Source of the DNA: Ignavibacteriales bacterium
GTDB taxonomy: Bacteria; Bacteroidota; Ignavibacteria; Ignavibacteriales; Ignavibacteriaceae
NCBI GenBank assembly: GCA_016700155.1
Contig: CP065001.1
Span: 2,746,659 to 2,810,658, forward strand
Length of the DNA: 64,000 nt
Direction of reading: 5' to 3'
A model generated the notes under the pieces. That model made no database searches and was not told the origin of the DNA. It worked only from the letters and a program-made list of their open reading frames with translations. Position numbers and translations under genes: made by a program. Positions 59,438 to 64,000 of this stretch are shown here, in pieces. Within the stretch, counting starts at the first letter, position 1, and every line of letters begins with the position of its first letter.

Positions 59438-60433
59438 TTAGTGTGTTTCAGTTTCTTCTTTCAGGTATTTGTCAATATCCATTCCGAATTCCAGTCCAAG
59501 GCTTTCAACTATTTCCATAAGTTCTGCAAGTGATTTTCTTCCAAAATTCCTGAACTTCAACATCTCGGCTTCATCTCTTTTAACAAGCTCGGACAGATTC
59601 TTAATGTTAGCTGCTTTTAAGCAGTTGTGTGACCTGACACTTAATTCCAGATCATCAACACTTGTAAGAAGTATTTTTCTAACTCTTTCAGTCTCGCTGT
59701 CCTTCTGACTTACTGCCTGTTCTTCTTCCTGGTCAATATCAAAGTTGATAAATAACTGTATATGATCCCTGAGAATTTTTGCTGCCTGGGTTAATGCATC
59801 ATCAGGTGTAATTGAACCATCTGTGCCGATTTCTATGGTAAGTTTTTCATAGTCATTCTTATCACCGATACGAACATTTTCAACTTCGTACTTAACGTTT
59901 TTAATCGGTGTGAAGATTGAATCAATTGGAATAACACCAATGGTCTGATCAGGCTGAACATTTTCCGCAGCAGGAATATAACCGGTTCCTTTGCCTACAC
60001 GGACTTCTATATCAAGTTTAACATTTTTATTTATGGTTGCTATGTGAAGATCAGGATTCAGAATTTCAACTTCGTTGCTGTTCTTCTGAATATCTGCTGC
60101 TGTAAATTCACCGGCACCGTTGAATGAAATATCAATTTTATTCGGCTTTTTGCTTAGCAGTTTCATTCTAACCTGTTTAAGGTTAAGAATGATTTCAGCA
60201 ACATCTTCAACTACACCATCAATTGTTGTGAACTCATGAAGCACACCGCTGAATTTAACTGATACAATTGCTGCACCGGGTAATGAGGAAAGCAGTACCC
60301 TGCGAAGAGAGTTTCCTAATGTTACACCATATCCTCTTTCAAGCGGCTGCAGAAAAAATCTACCAAATGTATTCGAATAACTTGCTTCATCAAGTACAAC
60401 TGCTTCGGGCATCTTTAAATATGAAACGCTCAT
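59438..60433 (-). CDS. rpoA: DNA-directed RNA polymerase subunit alpha
   Basis: 331 aa with alpha-NTD and alpha-CTD, in the conserved position between rpsD and rplQ. Confidence 0.9.
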   Translation of the reverse strand: MSVSYLKMPEAVVLDEASYSNTFGRFFLQPLERGYGVTLGNSLRRVLLSSLPGAAIVSVKFSGVLHEFTTIDGVVEDVAEIILNLKQVRMKLLSKKPNKIDISFNGAGEFTAADIQKNSNEVEILNPDLHIATINKNVKLDIEVRVGKGTGYIPAAENVQPDQTIGVIPIDSIFTPIKNVKYEVENVRIGDKNDYEKLTIEIGTDGSITPDDALTQAAKILRDHIQLFINFDIDQEEEQAVSQKDSETERVRKILLTSVDDLELSVRSHNCLKAANIKNLSELVKRDEAEMLKFRNFGRKSLAELMEIVESLGLEFGMDIDKYLKEETETH

Positions 60434-60466
60434 TTATTAATCCTCTAAAATTATTCTTAAAAAATT

Positions 60467-61093
60467 TTATTTTGAATAAAGCTCAACTACCAATTGTTCA
60501 TTGGCATTTAGAGGAACATCAACTCTATCCGGCACCTGAAGAAAAGTTCCGGCAAGTGAGGCTTTATCAATTGAGAGCCACGAATACGTGCTGTCTTTAA
60601 CTCTCTTTAGCGAGCTGTGAATTGCATCGAGCTTTTTACTTTTCTCTTTTATTTTAATTATATCACCGGCAGAGAGTAAAAATGAAGGAACATCAACTAA
60701 TCTTTCATTCACAATAACATGACGATGTTTGATTAGCTGTCTTGCCTGTTTACGTGAAGATGCAAATCCAAGTCTGAAGACTACATTATCAAGTCTGCGT
60801 TCAAGGATTTGGATCAGGTTTTCACCGGTACGTCCTTTTTGTTTATTTGCTTTTTCAAAATAGTTTCTGAACTGTGTTTCCAGTAATCCGTATGATCTTT
60901 TTATTTTTTGTTTCTCTCTCAGCTGAATTCCATATTCAGAAACTTTTGATCTGCGGGATATTCCGTGCTGACCTGGAGGATAGTTCTTAGATTCAATCGG
61001 ACATTTTTCAGTAAAGCATTTTTGTCCTTTCAAGAAAAGTTTTTGTTTTTCTCGTCTACATAATTTGCATACTGAATCTGTATATCTTGCCAT
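60467..61093 (-). CDS. rpsD: 30S ribosomal protein S4
   Basis: 'MARYTDSVCKLCRREKQKLFLKGQKC' zinc-ribbon N-terminus of S4. Confidence 0.9.
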   Translation of the reverse strand: MARYTDSVCKLCRREKQKLFLKGQKCFTEKCPIESKNYPPGQHGISRRSKVSEYGIQLREKQKIKRSYGLLETQFRNYFEKANKQKGRTGENLIQILERRLDNVVFRLGFASSRKQARQLIKHRHVIVNERLVDVPSFLLSAGDIIKIKEKSKKLDAIHSSLKRVKDSTYSWLSIDKASLAGTFLQVPDRVDVPLNANEQLVVELYSK

Positions 61094-61114
61094 TTAGTTA
61101 ACTCTCCGTTAAAA

Positions 61115-61501
61115 TTAAACTCTTCTTTTCTTGGGTGGTCTGCATCCGTTATGTGGTATTGGAGTAACATCTCTTATAGCGCTGATCTCCAAACCTGCAG
61201 TGTGTAATGCTCTGATAGCTGCTTCGCGACCTGAGCCCGGACCTTTGACAAATACTTCAACTTTTCTTAATCCAAGATCATATGCTTCTTTAGCTGCTGC
61301 TTCTGCTGAAACCTGAGCGGCAAATGGTGTGTTTTTTCTTGATCCTTTAAAACCATTTTTGCCTGCAGATGACCATGCAATTGTATTTCCATAAATATCA
61401 GTCAGCGTTACAATAACGTTATTGAACGTAGCTTTTACGTGTGCAACTCCGTTAGCATCAACGTGCGATTTCTTTTTTGCTTTCTTAACTACTTTAGCCA
61501 A
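61115..61501 (-). CDS. rpsK: 30S ribosomal protein S11
   Basis: '…[20 protein letters not shown]…WSSAG' is the S11 signature. Confidence 0.9.
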   Translation of the reverse strand: MAKVVKKAKKKSHVDANGVAHVKATFNNVIVTLTDIYGNTIAWSSAGKNGFKGSRKNTPFAAQVSAEAAAKEAYDLGLRKVEVFVKGPGSGREAAIRALHTAGLEISAIRDVTPIPHNGCRPPKKRRV

Positions 61502-61527
61502 GGGTTAAACCTCCAAGTTTTCAAACT

Positions 61528-61911
61528 TTATTTCTTAGTTGGTGTTTTTTTCTTTCCGGCAACTGTTTTTCTCTTACCTTTTCTTGTACGGGAATTGGTT
61601 CTTGTTCTTTGACCTCTTGCCGGTAAACCTCTTCTGTGTCTTATGCCGCGGTATGAACCAATATCCATCAATCTTTTAATATTCTGCTGAACTTCGGAAC
61701 GAAGGGCTCCTTCAACCTTGTATTCAGCTGTCATAATCGCTCTGATCTGCGCAATTTCTTCATCATTAAGATCAGATACACGTTTGTCAGGATTTACTTT
61801 GGCTTTTTCAAGGATTGCTGCAGATACATGCTCACCAACACCAAAGATGTACTGCAGTCCGTAAAGGACTTTTTTATTTTTAGGTAAATCTACGCCAGCT
61901 ATACGAGCCAA
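61528..61911 (-). CDS. rpsM: 30S ribosomal protein S13
   Basis: '[24 protein letters not shown]' matches S13. Confidence 0.9.
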   Translation of the reverse strand: MARIAGVDLPKNKKVLYGLQYIFGVGEHVSAAILEKAKVNPDKRVSDLNDEEIAQIRAIMTAEYKVEGALRSEVQQNIKRLMDIGSYRGIRHRRGLPARGQRTRTNSRTRKGKRKTVAGKKKTPTKK

Positions 61912-61933
61912 TTCACTTCTCCTTAAATTTTAA

Positions 61934-62047
61934 TTAACCTTGACGTTGCTTGTGTTTAGGGTTTTTGCAAATAACTTTAACAACACCCTTACGTTTTATC
62001 ACTTTGCAATTATCACATATTTTTTTTACTGATGCTCTTACTTTCAT
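61934..62047 (-). CDS. rpmJ: 50S ribosomal protein L36
   Basis: The minus-strand translation gives '[37 protein letters not shown]', the canonical zinc-ribbon L36. It is absent from the ORF track because it is shorter than 60 aa. Confidence 0.9.
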   Translation of the reverse strand: MKVRASVKKICDNCKVIKRKGVVKVICKNPKHKQRQG

Positions 62048-62057
62048 ACAAGCTCCG

Positions 62058-62279
62058 CTATTTATATCTGTAGGTGATCCTACCTTTTGTTAAGTCGTAA
62101 GGAGAAAGTTCAATAGAAACTTTATCTCCAACCAGAATTTTGATAAAGTGCATTCTCATTTTTCCTGAGATATGCGCCAGTATTTCATGCCCATTATCAA
62201 GCTTAACTTTAAAATGAGCATTTGGTAATGTTTCAGTTACAATGCCGTCAATTTTTATTGGACCTTGTTTTGCCATCAA
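62058..62279 (-). CDS. infA: Translation initiation factor IF-1
   Basis: '[40 protein letters not shown]' is the S1-like IF-1 fold. The true start is probably the second Met at 62276. Confidence 0.9.
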   Translation of the reverse strand: MMAKQGPIKIDGIVTETLPNAHFKVKLDNGHEILAHISGKMRMHFIKILVGDKVSIELSPYDLTKGRITYRYK

Positions 62280-63040
62280 CAGACCGTAAGTATTTCAGGC
62301 TTACCGCCTGATATTAATATTGTATGTTCAAAATGTGCAGATGGAAAAGCATCTGCGGTTCTTACTGTCCATCCGTCCGAATCAGTTTTCACTTTTTCTT
62401 TACCGGCATTTACCATCGGTTCAATTGCCAGGGTCATTCCATTTTTTAATCTGCTTCCGGTTCCTCTTTTTCCGAAGTTCGGGATAGAGGGACTTTCGTG
62501 AAGGTATTTACCGACACCGTGTCCGCACAATTCCCTAACAACAGAGAACCCGTTCAATTCAACAAATTCCTGTATAGCAGCAGAAATATCATGAACCTTG
62601 TTGTCATTAACTGCGTTTTCAATTCCAACGTAGAGTGATTTTTCAGTAACATCCAGAAGCTTTTGTTTTTCTTCTGTTATTGGTCCTACTGCTACTGTAA
62701 GCGCAGCATCACCAAAATATCCGTTCTTTTCAACTCCAACATCGATTGAAATTATTTCACCACTTTTTAGAACTCTTTTTCCCGGTATACCGTGAACAAC
62801 TTCATCCTCTACCGAAGTACAGAGAGCAGCAGGAAAATCAATTGAAGGACCACCTTGCGAGTATCCTTTGAATGCCGCTCTTGCATTGTTGCTGAGTATA
62901 TAATCTTCGGCAATCTGATTTAGCTCCCCGGTAGTTACTCCGGGTCTTACATTACTTTTGACCAGTTGAAGTGTTTCTGCTACAATACGACAACTGGTTT
63001 TTATTAAATCAATTTCTTTCTGTGTCTTAATGTAAATCAC
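62276..63040 (-). CDS. map: Methionine aminopeptidase, type I
   Basis: '[14 protein letters not shown]' N-terminus, metal ligands in the pita-bread fold, and position between secY and infA. Confidence 0.9.
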   Translation of the reverse strand: MIYIKTQKEIDLIKTSCRIVAETLQLVKSNVRPGVTTGELNQIAEDYILSNNARAAFKGYSQGGPSIDFPAALCTSVEDEVVHGIPGKRVLKSGEIISIDVGVEKNGYFGDAALTVAVGPITEEKQKLLDVTEKSLYVGIENAVNDNKVHDISAAIQEFVELNGFSVVRELCGHGVGKYLHESPSIPNFGKRGTGSRLKNGMTLAIEPMVNAGKEKVKTDSDGWTVRTADAFPSAHFEHTILISGGKPEILTVC

Positions 63041-63042
63041 AA

Positions 63043-64000
63043 TTATCTGCGGGCTTTTATTTTACCGCTTTTCATAAAACCATCATAATGCCTCATCAAC
63101 AGGTGTGATTCAATCTGCTGAAGAGTATCGAGTGCAACACCAACCATAATCAATAAACTTGTACCGCCAAAAAACTGTGCAAACTGACCTGAAACTCCCC
63201 ACACAGAAACAAATGCAGGAAGTATCGCAATGATTGCAAGGAATATTGATCCCGGCAGTGTAATCTTTGTCAAAATATTATCAATAAACTCTGATGTTTG
63301 TTTACCCGGGCGAATTCCCGGAATGAATCCTCCCTGCTTCTTCATATTATCCGCAACATCTTTTGGATTGAATGCAATCGCTGTATAGAAGTAAGTGAAG
63401 AAGATAATCATCAATGCATATATGAACGAGTAAACCGGCGATGTATAAACAAAATAACTTGAAAGCGTCTGCAAAAATTCATTGTCAGGGAAGAAACCAA
63501 GAATCGTATTAGGTATAAACATAATCGATTGCGCAAAGATTATAGGCATCACACCAGCCGTATTCACTCTTAACGGAATATACTGGGTAACACCACCGTA
63601 TACTTTTCTTCCGACAACTCTTTTTGCATACTGTACCGGAATTCTTCTTGTTCCCTGTGTTACAAGAACAACACCTGCTATTATAAAAACCATAAACACA
63701 ACTATCACAACTTCAATAACAATACTGCGCAAACCACTTATGATAAGATTTATTTCATCCTGAATCGCAAATGGAAATCTTGCTATAATTCCAATAAAGA
63801 TTATTAGTGAAATACCATTTCCAATTCCTTTATCTGTAATCTGTTCTCCAAGCCACATCATAAAGACGGTACCGGAGGTAAGTATCACTATAGTTGAGAA
63901 TGTCCAGAAAAATCCCTGGACCGGTTCAGGAATTATTGGTAAACCCTGAACATTTAAATTCAATAATCTTACAGTTACACCCCATGCCTGCAATGCAGAG
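63043..64000 (-). CDS. secY: Preprotein translocase SecY (N-terminal third lies beyond the window end)
   Basis: Polytopic membrane protein. The frame stays open to nt 64000. The 316 aa seen here correspond to the C-terminal two-thirds of SecY. Confidence 0.85.
   Translation of the reverse strand, partial: SALQAWGVTVRLLNLNVQGLPIIPEPVQGFFWTFSTIVILTSGTVFMMWLGEQITDKGIGNGISLIIFIGIIARFPFAIQDEINLIISGLRSIVIEVVIVVFMVFIIAGVVLVTQGTRRIPVQYAKRVVGRKVYGGVTQYIPLRVNTAGVMPIIFAQSIMFIPNTILGFFPDNEFLQTLSSYFVYTSPVYSFIYALMIIFFTYFYTAIAFNPKDVADNMKKQGGFIPGIRPGKQTSEFIDNILTKITLPGSIFLAIIAILPAFVSVWGVSGQFAQFFGGTSLLIMVGVALDTLQQIESHLLMRHYDGFMKSGKIKARR

Overview
This is a 64-kb chromosomal window from a low-GC, gliding-type (FCB group) bacterium. 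The T9SS C-terminal sorting domains, a roughly 285-aa primary sigma factor and the gene order would fit Ignavibacteria or Bacteroidetes, but that is an inference. Most of the window is core genome. It holds a complete division/cell-wall (dcw) operon on the minus strand (mraZ-rsmH-ftsL-ftsI-murE-murF-mraY-murD-ftsW-murG-[small membrane gene]-murC-ftsQ-ftsA-ftsZ, 6.9-23.3 kb). A tRNA-Thr(CGU) is followed by a tiny, very basic bS22-like ORF that the ORF track missed. A ribosomal/RNA-polymerase block lies at the 3' end (rplQ-rpoA-rpsD-rpsK-rpsM-rpmJ-infA-map-secY). A class II (B12-dependent) ribonucleotide reductase, a P1B heavy-metal ATPase, CorA, a flotillin, a ClC channel, pepF, an O-antigen-like sugar module and two T9SS cargo proteins are also present. 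The most unusual stretch is a roughly 6-kb accessory island (about 33.0-39.2 kb) between the flotillin and ClC genes. It begins with a 14-copy 21-bp tandem repeat and an XRE-type HTH gene. Three AT-rich hypothetical genes follow, each preceded by the same GC-containing intergenic motif. The last of these encodes a 458-aa protein whose C-terminal half carries the catalytic motifs of a diadenylate-cyclase (DAC/DisA_N) domain (GAxxIVI, DGAV, GTRHR) fused to an unknown N-terminal domain. The two genes before it encode N-terminally membrane-anchored proteins. I flag this as a candidate, undescribed cyclic-nucleotide signalling cassette, possibly an abortive-infection or defence module. An orphan tandem pair of BMC-vertex (EutN/CcmL) genes with no shell genes, sitting beside a PIN-like gene, is a second oddity. 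No CRISPR arrays, rRNA genes, transposases or integrases were seen.
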